From: Spirochaetia bacterium
GTDB taxonomy: Bacteria; Spirochaetota; Spirochaetia; SZUA-6; Bin103
Length of the DNA: 64,000 nucleotides
Direction of reading: 5' to 3'
Assembly: GCA_965199955.1 (NCBI GenBank)
Contig: CBDATQ010000003.1
Location: forward strand, 1 to 64,000
Part shown: positions 1 through 9,431 of the stretch, piece by piece
Layout: each line of letters starts with the position of its first letter
Position numbering within the stretch: the first letter of the stretch is position 1
Made by a program: the position numbers and the translations under genes
Notes under the pieces: generated by a model
Told to the model about the DNA's origin: nothing
The model's input: only the letters and a program-made list of their open reading frames with translations
Database searches by the model: none

Positions 1-8
1 GCCGGACG

Positions 9-208
9 ATGAGCCGTCCGCGGATCAGGCGGCCGCCGAGGTGCTTGCGCGCACTCGCCAGCCGCCCGCGGCGCAGACCGCAGGCGCTGCCACGGCTCGA
101 GCAGGTCATCGACCTGCCCGAGCAGGACAAGCAGTGTGAGTGCGCCCACCCCCTGGTGCGCATCGGCGAGGACACCTCCGAGAAGCTCGACGTGATCCCG
201 CCGCAGGT
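9..208 (+). pseudogene. IS66-family transposase (TnpC) fragment
   Basis: LPRLEQVIDLPEQDKQCECAHPLVRIGEDTSEKLDVIPPQ resembles the IS66 zinc-finger region; similarity stops at ~208 where the sequence turns AT-richer. Confidence 0.7.
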
Positions 209-318
209 ATATGATCATCACTGTGAGAGAGTTTGCCAAAGAATCCACGGAGAACCCGTTTGGAAATCGCTTCGCGCGCTAATACTGACATGACGTGTCA
301 ATACAGGAGGAATGAAGC

Positions 319-627
319 ATGATGGAACAGAGGAGCGAAAAGACGATGGTAGCGGCTGCACTACTCTGCTTTTTCCTGGGAGGATTTAGCGCTCACCGCT
401 TCTACTCAGGCAAGATCGGAACGGCATTGTTCCAGATGGCGCTTGTGATTGCCGGTGTTATTATGGTCGCCTCTAGCGCTGCCGGAGCTATGACGGGCGG
501 CAGTGGCGTAGCCATAATACCTGGAGTCCTATGCTTGGGCGGCGCTGGTACTTGGGTATTCGTAGACTTCATTACAATACTCGTCGGCAAATTCAGAGAC
601 GGCGATGGCAAGGTAATCAAGTCTTGA
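319..627 (+). CDS. TM2-domain membrane protein
   Basis: LLCFFLGGFSAHRFYSGKIGT and W..VDFITILVGKFRD motifs; AGGAGG upstream. Confidence 0.85.
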   Translation: MMEQRSEKTMVAAALLCFFLGGFSAHRFYSGKIGTALFQMALVIAGVIMVASSAAGAMTGGSGVAIIPGVLCLGGAGTWVFVDFITILVGKFRDGDGKVIKS

Positions 628-635
628 TGATGCTA

Positions 636-1730
636 GTGGACTGTAACGAGCATTCATGCACCGATGTGTCGTGACGGATCAACATAATGCCACTTCACGA
701 CCCGCGGATTCTTGTTGTATTCGCGGATGTATCTCATCAGCTTGCTCTTCAGATCCGCCACCGAACTGAACACTCCGCGGGTGATCACGTCGCGCGAGAT
801 CTTCGCAAACCACAGCTCCACCTGGTTCAGCCACGATGAGTAGGTCGGCGTGAAATGCAGCCGCACCATCGGATGGTCGCTGAGAAACTCCTGCACTCGC
901 TTCGTCTTGTGCGCCGACAGGTTGTCAGCGATCACGTGAATCTCCTGACCGGCCGGCTGATGCGCCACGATCTCGCGCAGAAACGCCACGAACTGCTCCG
1001 AGGTGTGCCGCGTGGCGGTCTTGCCGAGCACCTGGCCGGTCTTCGTATTGAACGCCGCGTACAGCGCCAGCGTGCCGTGCCGGTAGTACTCGAACCCGTG
1101 CCGTTCGTCCCGACCCGGCGACAGCGGCAGCACCGGGACGTTGCGGTCGAGCGCTTGAATCGCCGTCTTCTCGTCCACGCAGAACACCGCCGCGTGCGCC
1201 GGCGGGTTCAGGTACAGCCCGATGATGTCGGCCGCCTTCTGCTCGAAGTCCGGATCGTTGGAGCTCATGTAGCGCTCCAACCGGTGCGGCTGCAGCCGGT
1301 GCTTGCTCCATACCCGCGCCACCATCATGTGCGACACGCCCAGCTTGGCTGCCAGGCGGCGCGTGCTCCAGTGCGTGGCGCCATCGGTCGGCGCCTTGCG
1401 CGTGGCGTTGAGGATCCTGGCCTCCACGCTCGGGGTGCAGCGAAACGGCTTCTGACCGCGGTGCCGGCTGTACAGTCCTGCCAATCGCTCGGCCCGAAAG
1501 CGGCCAGCCCACATCGCCACGAAGCCGCGGCTGCACTCGGCTCGTTCGCACACTACGTCCCACGTGAGTCGCTCAGCGAGCAGCAGAATGACGCGCGCAC
1601 GGCGCGCATCCTCGGCTCGACCAGTGCGACTCCTGGCCCGCTTGGTGAGTTCGCGATGCTCGGCTTCGGTCAATACGATTCCCTCTCTCATGCCTCCAAT
1701 TATAGTACGAAAGCAGATGTTACAGTCCAC
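636..1730 (-). mobile_element. Complete IS630-family element
   Basis: Terminal inverted repeats GTGGACTGTAAC (636-647) and GTTACAGTCCAC (1719-1730); flanking TA at 634-635 and 1731-1732. Confidence 0.9.
654..1691 (-). CDS. IS630-family transposase
   Basis: HTH region, DEK, DNLSAH and SSWLNQVE motifs; ATG at 1691 is the start inside the element. Confidence 0.92.
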   Translation of the reverse strand: MREGIVLTEAEHRELTKRARSRTGRAEDARRARVILLLAERLTWDVVCERAECSRGFVAMWAGRFRAERLAGLYSRHRGQKPFRCTPSVEARILNATRKAPTDGATHWSTRRLAAKLGVSHMMVARVWSKHRLQPHRLERYMSSNDPDFEQKAADIIGLYLNPPAHAAVFCVDEKTAIQALDRNVPVLPLSPGRDERHGFEYYRHGTLALYAAFNTKTGQVLGKTATRHTSEQFVAFLREIVAHQPAGQEIHVIADNLSAHKTKRVQEFLSDHPMVRLHFTPTYSSWLNQVELWFAKISRDVITRGVFSSVADLKSKLMRYIREYNKNPRVVKWHYVDPSRHIGA

Positions 1731-1732
1731 TA

Positions 1733-2054
1733 GTGGACTGTAACAATCATTCATGGACCGATGGGTCGTGACGGATCAACGTAATGCCACTTCACGACCC
1801 GCGGATTCTTGTTGTATTCGCGGATGTATCTCATCAGCTTACTCTTCAGATCCGCCACCGAACTGAACAGTCCGCGAGTGATCACGTCACGCGAGATCTT
1901 CGCAAACCACAGCTCCACCTGGTTCAGCCACGATGAGTAGGTCGGCGTGAAATGCAGCCGCACCATCGGATGATCGCTGAGAAACTCCTGCACTCGCTTC
2001 GTCTTGTGCGCCGACAGATTGTCAGCGATCACGTGAATCTCCTGACCGGCCGGC
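1733..2054 (-). mobile_element. Truncated second IS630 copy (3' end plus IR)
   Basis: Near-identical to 636-957 with several substitutions; IR GTGGACTGTAAC at 1733-1744; identity ends at 2054. Confidence 0.9.
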
Positions 2055-2622
2055 GACGGGCACCTGGGGATCTGGGCGGCGCTGCGGGAGGTGTATCCGG
2101 ACGCCGAGGAGCAACGGGTGCTGGAATCACCGGATCGTCAACGTGCTGGACCAGGTGCCGAAGCGCTCCCAGGAGGAAGCGAAGGGGAAGCTGAAGAAGA
2201 TCGCCTACGCCGAGACGCTCAAGGAGGCTGAGCAACGTCGAGGATCGTTCCAGAGCTGGGCGCGTGGCCAGGGGCTGCAGCGAGCCGCCGAGTTGATCGC
2301 GGAGGACTGGGAGCGGATGGTGAGCTACTACGGGTATCCACGAGCTCACTGGCGGCACCTGCGGACGACCAACTTGATCGAGTCGCCGTTCGCGGCGCTG
2401 AGGTTACGGACCGATGCGGCGAAGCGATTCATGAAGGTAGCCAACGCCACCGCCGTGATCTGGAAGATGCTGTTGGTGGCCGAGACGAAGTTCCGGAAGC
2501 TGAACGCGCCGGAGCTACTTCAAGATGTGTGGGTGGGAGCCGAGTACCGAGACGGAATTCGAATCGAAGATCAGGAGCGGGACGCTGCCTGACTCGTTTA
2601 CACTCCTATTGACAGGACCTCT
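2055..2622 (+). pseudogene. IS256-family transposase 3' remnant with right end
   Basis: DGHLGIWAALREVYP..QR/CWNH (frameshift ~2117) and HLRTTNLIES; stop at 2592; IS256-like end TTTACACTCCTATTGACAGGACC. Confidence 0.8.
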
Positions 2623-2709
2623 CTCGATCTTGTAAAGATGGTTCGTACTGGGAGGTAGATGTGTCTGACATGTCTTACTCGTATCATGCCTATAAAACAG
2701 GAGGCAACA

Positions 2710-3282
2710 ATGAAACAACGACCCACGCTCGTTAGCATAACCTTGGCATGCTTGCTCGGACCGGTATTGCCGATAGCTGCACATGCAGACTTTCGGGCAG
2801 GAACCTATAGGGTCGGCTCCGAGTTGGTGCCGGGCATCTATGCCGGCAACGCCAAGGCAGGACTCATGGGCATCGGATGCTACTGGGAGCGGCTGAAAGG
2901 CGTATCAGGAAACTTCTCTGACATACTGGCGAACGCCAATGTTGTCGGGCAGTTCTATGTAGAGCTTCTTACGACGGACAAGTATTTCAAGATCGGCTGC
3001 CGATTCTCGAAGATTGCGGATTGGCCCAAGCCGAAATCGCCCTTGACCGATATAGAACCGGGCACCTATATCGTCGGACGCGATATAGGTGCTGGCACGT
3101 ATGAGGGTCAAGGAGGATCGGACGTGCTCTCATCGTGCTATTGGCAGCGATCGTCAGGAGTATCCGGCGGCTTCGGCGATATAATCGCCAATGACAACGC
3201 TTCAGGTAGATTTTTCGTAGAGGTTCTTGAGACAGACTTTGCTCTCAGTACCGCGTGCAATCTTGAACTCGTTTCCGAGTAA
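2710..3282 (+). CDS. Secreted hypothetical protein with two tandem copies of a GTYxVG...CYW domain
   Basis: Signal peptide ending AHA; repeats GTYRVGSELVPGIY..CYWERL..DILAN and GTYIVGRDIGAGTY..CYWQRS..DIIAN; GGAGG upstream. Confidence 0.75.
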   Translation: MKQRPTLVSITLACLLGPVLPIAAHADFRAGTYRVGSELVPGIYAGNAKAGLMGIGCYWERLKGVSGNFSDILANANVVGQFYVELLTTDKYFKIGCRFSKIADWPKPKSPLTDIEPGTYIVGRDIGAGTYEGQGGSDVLSSCYWQRSSGVSGGFGDIIANDNASGRFFVEVLETDFALSTACNLELVSE

Positions 3283-3338
3283 GTAGCACGCTTGTTGACA
3301 GGGGCGGCCCATCCTATCGGTAGTGTGTCACTTTACTT

Positions 3339-3986
3339 TCAAGCAGCGGCGCGGGCCTTCCGCGTCCGGTACTTCCGGGCGTAGTTGACCGCCGGCGCGC
3401 GGGAGTCGATCAGCGCGACCAGATCCGCGAACGTCGCCGGCCGGTCCGCGAGCCCGGCGGCCATCGCCGGGGTGACCTGGTTGTTGCCCTTCGTCCGCAC
3501 CGCGCCGTGCGGCTTGATCCAGTTGGCGTAGTGGAAGTAGAGCGCGAGCATCGCGCAGTGCCTTCTCCAGCCGCTTCGGGAACGCGTTGGTCAAGCGCTT
3601 CATGCGCCGGACGCCCATCCGTAGGGACAGGTTCTGCCGCTCGATGTGCGACGTGCCGGCCACGGCCATGTCCGGGTTGCCCCAGACCGGAACCTTCTCG
3701 ATGCCGTTGCACACCGCCGGCGAGTAACGCCGCTCGTTGTCGATCCCGTCGGCCTTCCCGTACGTCTTGATGATCTGCGCGAAGTCCACGTCGCCGCCAA
3801 ACGCCCCGTCGACGGCCTCGACGTACGCCTTGAGCCCGTCCGTGCTGATCTGCAGGCGATCCTCCAACCGGCTCCGCAGATCGTCCATGAACGCCAGCGC
3901 GCTCTGCCCGTCGCGCGGCCCGACCAGGTAGCTCACGACCAGCTTGCTCTCCGTGTCGAGCGCGGCGAACGTCCATGCGTGGCCCG
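3339..3986 (-). pseudogene. IS1-family transposase, 5'-deleted and frameshifted
   Basis: WTFAALDTESKLVVSYLVGPRD, QISTDG, TSHIERQNL..RRMKRLTNAF and TPAMAAGL; extra base near 3561. Confidence 0.75.
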
Positions 3987-4712
3987 TCAACTCCCGCCTG
4001 TAAGCGCGAACGGCAACGGGCACTCCTGCACCTCGAACAGCGGCCGGCCCTTATTGGCGTCCACGCACCGACGGAACGCAAGCATCCGGGCGTACTCCGG
4101 GGAACCGATGCGGATCAGGTACCGCGGCACGCTGCATAGCCGCGTCGAGCACAGCAGCATGACGTTCGGGGTGATCCGTTCCACCCGGAACCCATGGTCG
4201 CGGGTCGTTTGGATGTTCAGCTCGTCCTCATCCAGCGTCCACCGCAGCGCATCGTCCCGGCTGTAAAGCAGGTCGCTTCCGGCGAGCCCGAACGCATCGT
4301 CCGGTGGTGACTTCGCGGAAACGCCGTCATGGACATCGTCCTGCGTCGCCGGCCTCCGGTGCTTCAGCAGGGTGTGGCCGGTGCCGTCCGCACGGAGCTC
4401 CAGGGCGAACGCGCCGGCAACCTTGCATGCCTCGGGCGATCGGTGCCGGTTGCTGGTCGCCAGCCTGTCGAATCCGGGGTTGCCGTCGATGCACGCCCAC
4501 CGGCCGACCGGCAGCGTCCCGGTCAACGGCGTAGCCGTGTCCCAGGTCACCACCACGGTCCCGCCTCCCGTGACGGTGGTGCCTTTGCACCCAGCGATCA
4601 GGACCAGCAGCACGGTCGCTGCCGCGATGATGGGAATGGGTCGGCGGTGCCGCATTCGCCGTTTCGCGTAGCTCTCCCGACGCGCGGAGTCGGGCGTTGT
4701 CGTGTGGATCAT
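3987..4712 (-). CDS. Hypothetical lipoprotein (passenger)
   Basis: Basic N-region, hydrophobic stretch and lipobox IAGC; GGAGG upstream of ATG 4712. Confidence 0.6.
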   Translation of the reverse strand: MIHTTTPDSARRESYAKRRMRHRRPIPIIAAATVLLVLIAGCKGTTVTGGGTVVVTWDTATPLTGTLPVGRWACIDGNPGFDRLATSNRHRSPEACKVAGAFALELRADGTGHTLLKHRRPATQDDVHDGVSAKSPPDDAFGLAGSDLLYSRDDALRWTLDEDELNIQTTRDHGFRVERITPNVMLLCSTRLCSVPRYLIRIGSPEYARMLAFRRCVDANKGRPLFEVQECPLPFALTGGS

Positions 4713-4728
4713 GGTCCACCTCCATCTG

Positions 4729-4883
4729 CCGGCACGTAGAGGTGCCGGGTCGTTTGAGACAGACGCGTGCCTGTAGAAGGAAGCGACCCCGCCTATTGGA
4801 CCCCGGCCAATCAGGAGCTACCCGATCAGCCCATCGGGATCGTATTCAGCGGGCGGCCCGACATGCAGGCACGCATCTGTCTC
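4729..4883. other. Structured non-coding element (candidate ncRNA, leader or MITE-like remnant)
   Basis: 20-bp inverted repeat 4756-4775/4864-4883 (18/20) enclosing two hairpins, plus an adjacent hairpin at 4729-4748. Confidence 0.5.
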
Positions 4884-4950
4884 TGTTAGAGTTAGACATT
4901 GAATGGAGGCGGGGCCGGATGGGCCGCAAGGACCTACAGATGTTGGCTGG

Positions 4951-5167
4951 TCAGTTCCCCCAGCGAGCAGCGGCGGCCTCCTTGGCGAGCCGGCGACGCT
5001 GTCCGGCGTCAGCCGTTCGGCGCGCGCCTGTCCGCCCTTGCGCCGTCGGTCTAGCGGGCCGGGTCGACATAGGTCTCCTCGGCCTCGCCGGTCAGCAGCT
5101 TGGCGACGTGCAGCGCGTTGGCGACCGGATCAGCCGGCCGCTTCTCCCCGTGTGGTCCTGTCGGCAT
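4951..5167 (-). pseudogene. Small basic IS-associated protein, disrupted
   Basis: MPTGPHGEKRPADPVANALHVAKLLTGEAEE, an internal TAG, then in shifted frames KGGQARAERLTP and RRRLAKEAAAARWGN; GGAGG upstream. Confidence 0.6.
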
Positions 5168-5313
5168 CGTGGTGTCCTCCCCGGTTCGGTGCGGCCGGTC
5201 TCGTCAAAAGCAAACTAACCACTACCCCTCGACGCCGGCTCGAGCGTGATCGCAACACCCTCGCACGGGCACCCGCTTGACCACCGGCACCGCAGGATGG
5301 CATTGTTGCGGGT

Positions 5314-5412
5314 GGACTCACGGGGAGCTCGGTAGCGCCGAGCTGAGAGGAGGGCGTGGCAGCCCTCGACTCGCGCCACCTGATCCGGGTAATGCCGGCG
5401 GAGGGATGGATC
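5314..5412 (+). promoter_or_regulatory. TPP riboswitch
   Basis: GGGGAG..CTGAGA..ACCTGATCCGGGTAATGCCGGCGGAGGGA directly upstream of a thiamine ABC transporter. Confidence 0.93.
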
Positions 5413-5462
5413 TCTCAGACGCGATGCACATCGCGGAACCCCGATGATGGAGGAGGTTTCGC

Positions 5463-6545
5463 ATGAATCGCACCGCATTCGGCGGGCGGCTCGCCCGCCT
5501 GATCGCAATCGGAGTCCTCGTCGTCGCTCCCCTCGCGGCGTTCGCGGGCCCGGACGCCGAGACGTCCGAGTGGCGCCGCACCGTGACCGTGATGACGCAC
5601 GACTCGTTCGCCGCCTCGGAAGAGGTCCTGGCCGCGTTCGAGAGTCGGCACGACGTGCGCGTCCGCATCCTGGAGGCGGGCGACACCGGCACCGCCCTGA
5701 ACAAGGCGATCCTGGCGCGCGGCAAGCCCCTGGCCGACGTGATCTACGGGATCGACAACACCTTCCTGAGCCGCGCGCTGGACGAAGGCATCCTGGAGCC
5801 GTACCGCTCCCGGATGCTGGAGTCCGTGCCCGAGGAGTTCCAGATCGATCCCTCGCACCGGGCCCTGCCGGTGGACTACGGCGATGTCTGCCTGAATTAC
5901 CACGTGGCGTCGTTCGGAGAGGACGGACCGCCGCCACCGAAGGACCTGGACGACCTGATCGACCCGGCCTACCGCGGGCTCACCGTGGTCCAGAACCCGG
6001 CCACTTCCTCGCCCGGACTGTCCTTCCTGATGGCTACCGTGGCCCGCTACGGTGATCCCGGCTACCTGGACTACTGGCGGTCGCTGGTGGCCAACGATGT
6101 GCTGGTGGTCAATGACTGGGAGACCGCCTACTTCACGGAGTTCACGGGCTCCGCCGGACAGGGTCCGCGCCCGATCGTCGTCTCCTACGGTTCCAGTCCG
6201 CCGTTCGAGGTGCTGTACGCGGAATCGCCGATGGACGAACCGCCCACCGCCGCGGTCACCGGACCACTGTCGTGCTTCCGGCAGATCGAGTTCGTCGGCA
6301 TCCTGGCCGGCGCCGAGAACCGCGACCTTGCCGAGCTCTGGGTGGACTTCATGCTGTCGCGGACGTTCCAGGAGGACCTGCCGCTGAACATGTTCGTGTT
6401 CCCGGTCAATCGCGACGCCGTGCTGCAGAAGGAGTTCGTGGACTTCCTGGCCGTCCCGGACGAGCCGGCGTTGCTCGATCCCGCGGAGATCGCCGCGAAC
6501 AGGGAGCGCTGGATCCGCGAGTGGACCGAGGCCGTGCTGCGCTGA
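5463..6545 (+). CDS. thiB: Thiamine ABC transporter substrate-binding protein
   Basis: THDSF, GIDN, NPATSSPG, SYGSSP and CFRQIE motifs; TPP riboswitch upstream. Confidence 0.92.
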   Translation: MNRTAFGGRLARLIAIGVLVVAPLAAFAGPDAETSEWRRTVTVMTHDSFAASEEVLAAFESRHDVRVRILEAGDTGTALNKAILARGKPLADVIYGIDNTFLSRALDEGILEPYRSRMLESVPEEFQIDPSHRALPVDYGDVCLNYHVASFGEDGPPPPKDLDDLIDPAYRGLTVVQNPATSSPGLSFLMATVARYGDPGYLDYWRSLVANDVLVVNDWETAYFTEFTGSAGQGPRPIVVSYGSSPPFEVLYAESPMDEPPTAAVTGPLSCFRQIEFVGILAGAENRDLAELWVDFMLSRTFQEDLPLNMFVFPVNRDAVLQKEFVDFLAVPDEPALLDPAEIAANRERWIREWTEAVLR

Positions 6546-6553
6546 ACGATTCC

Positions 6554-8215
6554 ATGCTCCGGGGCGGCGCTCCGCTTCGGCGAGCGGCCCTGCTCTGGGC
6601 CGGGCCGCTCGCCTTCCTGGCGCTGTTCTACGCCTGGCCGATGGCCGGGATCGTCGCGGCCAGCTTCGGCCGCGAGGCCGACGGCCTGCTGCGGGCGCTT
6701 GCCTCGCCGGCGACGGGCCGCGTGGTGCTGTTCACCCTCGGACAGGCGGCGGCCTCCACGGCGCTGACGCTCCTGGTCGGGCTGCCCGGCGCATGGCTGG
6801 TGGCGCGCTACCGGTTCGCCGGCAAGACGCTGTTCCGGGCGCTGACGGCTATCCCGTTCGTGCTGCCCACCCTGGTGGTGGCGGCCGCCTTCGATGCACT
6901 GCTCGGCTCGCGCGGCTGGATCAACGCGGCGCTCGAGTCGGCAGGCATGCCGCCGCTGCGCTTCACGCGTACGCTCGGCGCCATCCTGGTCGCGCACGTG
7001 TTTTACAACACCTCCATCGTGCTGCGGCTGGTCGGCGACTACTGGTCGCGCATCGACCGCCGCCTGTGGGATGCGGCCCGCACCCTCGGCGCCGGCGCCG
7101 CGCAGCGCTGGCTGCGCGTCAGCCTGCCGTTGCTGGCCGCCCCCGTTGCGGCGGCGGCGGTGCTGGTGTTCATCTTCTGCTTCACCTCGTTCGGGGTGAT
7201 CCTGATCCTGGGCGGGCCGCGCTTCGCGACCATCGAGGTGGAGATCTACTACCAGGCCATCAGCCTGTTCGACCTGCCGGTGGCCGCTTCGCTCTCCGTC
7301 GTGCAGATCGCGATCACGCTGGCGCTCGGCATCGCCTACACGCGGTTGATGCGGCGCGTGACCCGACCTCTGCCGCTGCGTGCGCCGCGCGAGAACGAAC
7401 GCTCCCTGAGCGGCAGCCCGGCGCGCGCCGTGGCGGCGGGCGTGTTGCTGGGCATCGCCTTCTTCCAGCTCGCGCCGCTGGCTGCGCTGGCCACGCGCTC
7501 CGTCTCGGGCGCGGAGGGGCCGACGCTGGCGTTCTACCGGCAACTGGGCGTGGAGAGCCGGCAGGGCGCCTTTCACGGCAGCGCGCTCACCGCGGTGCGC
7601 AACTCCCTGGCCTTCGCGGCGGCGGCCACGGTGATCGCACTCGCCGTCGGGACGCCGGCCGCGTGGGCGCTCGGCCGGCACGGCGCAGCGCGCTCCTCGC
7701 GGCTGTTCGACCCGCTGCTGATGCTGCCGCTGGGCACCTCGGCGGTCACGCTGGGGCTGGGCTTCATCGTCGCGCTGAACCGGCCGCCGCTGGACCTGCG
7801 CGCCTCGCCACTGCTGATCCCGATCGCGCACGCGCTGGTGGCGCTGCCGTTTGTGGTGCGCAGCCTGGCGCCGGCGCTCGCCACCGTCGAGCCGCGCCTG
7901 ATCCAGGCCGCGCGCGTGCTGGGCGCCGCCCGCGCTCAGGTGGCGCGCCGCGTGGAGCTGCCCATCGTCGCGCGGGCGATGGGCGTGGCGGCGGCGTTCG
8001 CGTTCTCGATTTCACTGGGCGAGTTCGGGGCCACGGCGATCGTCGCACGCGGCGATCTGCCGACCATCCCGCTGGCGATCTTCCGCCTGCTCGGCCGGCC
8101 GGGCGCCCTCCACCTGGGCCAGGCCCTGGCGCTGGCGACCATCCTCATGCTGGTGACCGCGGTGGTGGTCACCGCGATCGAGCGGCTGCGGGTGGCGCGC
8201 GTGTCGAGCTTCTGA
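6554..8215 (+). CDS. thiP: Thiamine ABC transporter permease
   Basis: Two permease halves with AARTLGA and AARVLGA loops; PFVLPT; context. Confidence 0.88.
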   Translation: MLRGGAPLRRAALLWAGPLAFLALFYAWPMAGIVAASFGREADGLLRALASPATGRVVLFTLGQAAASTALTLLVGLPGAWLVARYRFAGKTLFRALTAIPFVLPTLVVAAAFDALLGSRGWINAALESAGMPPLRFTRTLGAILVAHVFYNTSIVLRLVGDYWSRIDRRLWDAARTLGAGAAQRWLRVSLPLLAAPVAAAAVLVFIFCFTSFGVILILGGPRFATIEVEIYYQAISLFDLPVAASLSVVQIAITLALGIAYTRLMRRVTRPLPLRAPRENERSLSGSPARAVAAGVLLGIAFFQLAPLAALATRSVSGAEGPTLAFYRQLGVESRQGAFHGSALTAVRNSLAFAAAATVIALAVGTPAAWALGRHGAARSSRLFDPLLMLPLGTSAVTLGLGFIVALNRPPLDLRASPLLIPIAHALVALPFVVRSLAPALATVEPRLIQAARVLGAARAQVARRVELPIVARAMGVAAAFAFSISLGEFGATAIVARGDLPTIPLAIFRLLGRPGALHLGQALALATILMLVTAVVVTAIERLRVARVSSF

Positions 8216-8223
8216 GGCACGCG

Positions 8224-9333
8224 ATGACGGTCGATCTGGAGCTGCGCGGCGTGAGCAAGCGCTACGGCGAGACGCTGGCCCTGGACGGCGTCGGCCTCCA
8301 GGTGCGCCGCGGCGAAACGCTCGCGCTGCTCGGCCCGAGCGGCTGCGGCAAGAGCACGCTGCTGGCACTGGTCGCCGGGCTGGAGCCGCACGAGGGCGCG
8401 ATCCTGTGGCACGGACGGGAGCTGACCGGCACGCCGGCCGAGGCGCGCGGGTTCGGAATGGTGTTCCAGGACTACGCCCTGTTCCCGCACCTGAACGTGT
8501 TCGAGAACGTCGCCTTCGGCCTGCGCCTCCGCCGCACGCCGGCCGCGCGCCTGCGCGAGCGGGTGGCCGACGTGCTGGCGTTGGTCGGCCTGGAGCACCT
8601 GCGCGACCGGGACGTCACCACCCTGTCCGGAGGAGAGCGGCAGCGCGTGGCGCTGGCGCGCGCGTTGGCGCCGGACCCCCGCCTGCTCATGCTGGACGAA
8701 CCGCTGGCCGCCCTGGACCGCAACCTGCGCGACCGGCTGGCGGAGGACCTGGGCGCGATCCTGGAGGAACTGGACCTGCCAGCGATTTACGTCACCCACG
8801 ACGTGGAGGAGGCACTGGCGGTCGCCGACCGCGTCGCGGTCATGCAGCCGCGCCGCATCGCCCGCATCGGCACACCGCGGGAGATCTACCGGGAACCGGG
8901 CAGCGAGTACGTGGCCCGTTTCCTGGGCCTGGACAACCTGGTCGCCGCCCGCCTGGATCAGGCCGGCGGCCGCCCCGTGCTGCGCACGGCGATCGGCGAG
9001 CTGCCGGCGGAGGTGCTGCCGGCTCCCGCGGCTGCCGGCGTGTCGGATCTGAAGCTGCTGCTCCGCCCCACCGGCATCACCATCGGGGAGGATTCGCCAG
9101 GGCAGGCGGTCTCCAGCGCCGACCGCTGGGTCCTGCAGGGCGAGCTGATCGGCCGCTCTTTCCGTGGCGCCGCGCAGCGCCTGCAGGTCACCGTGGCCGG
9201 GATCGAGTTCCGCTTCCGTGTGCCCGCCGACCAGCCCCTGCCACCGGCCGGCGGCCCGGTGACCGTCAGCATCGACCCCCGACGCGGAGCGTGCCTGATC
9301 CGAGCGACGGCGACTCCGGCCGGCGATTCCTGA
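8224..9333 (+). CDS. thiQ: Thiamine ABC transporter ATPase
   Basis: GPSGCGKST, LSGGERQR and LMLDEP; context. Confidence 0.8.
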   Translation: MTVDLELRGVSKRYGETLALDGVGLQVRRGETLALLGPSGCGKSTLLALVAGLEPHEGAILWHGRELTGTPAEARGFGMVFQDYALFPHLNVFENVAFGLRLRRTPAARLRERVADVLALVGLEHLRDRDVTTLSGGERQRVALARALAPDPRLLMLDEPLAALDRNLRDRLAEDLGAILEELDLPAIYVTHDVEEALAVADRVAVMQPRRIARIGTPREIYREPGSEYVARFLGLDNLVAARLDQAGGRPVLRTAIGELPAEVLPAPAAAGVSDLKLLLRPTGITIGEDSPGQAVSSADRWVLQGELIGRSFRGAAQRLQVTVAGIEFRFRVPADQPLPPAGGPVTVSIDPRRGACLIRATATPAGDS

Positions 9334-9431
9334 CTCAGCTCGGCTCATGCCGGACACGGGAACGACTGCGGCCCATCGAGGCACACATGGGGCGGTTGTC
9401 GGCTGTCGACTCCGTCCGCATATTGACCCCT

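Larger units (their letters stand above)
3319..5226 (-). mobile_element. Degenerate IS1-family-like element with passenger genes
   Basis: Imperfect inverted ends GGTAGTGTGTCACTTT (from 3319) and CAAACTAACCACTACC (5211-5226); transposase remnant ends beside the left IR; no clear target duplication. Confidence 0.6.

Noticed and set aside
1692..1754. ORF-track extension of the IS630 transposase to 1754
   Set aside because: It crosses the element's IR into the neighbouring copy
4756..4883. Retron msr-msd or hammerhead ribozyme
   Set aside because: No reverse transcriptase nearby; the hammerhead core CUGANGA..GAAA is absent
4884..4897. GTTAGAG/GTTAGAC as an integron attC/attI core
   Set aside because: No complementary core at the other end of the stem and no integrase in the window
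4877..4899. Tn5/Nextera mosaic-end contamination (CTGTCTCT..)
   Set aside because: Only 8 nt match, and the sequence is part of a longer inverted repeat
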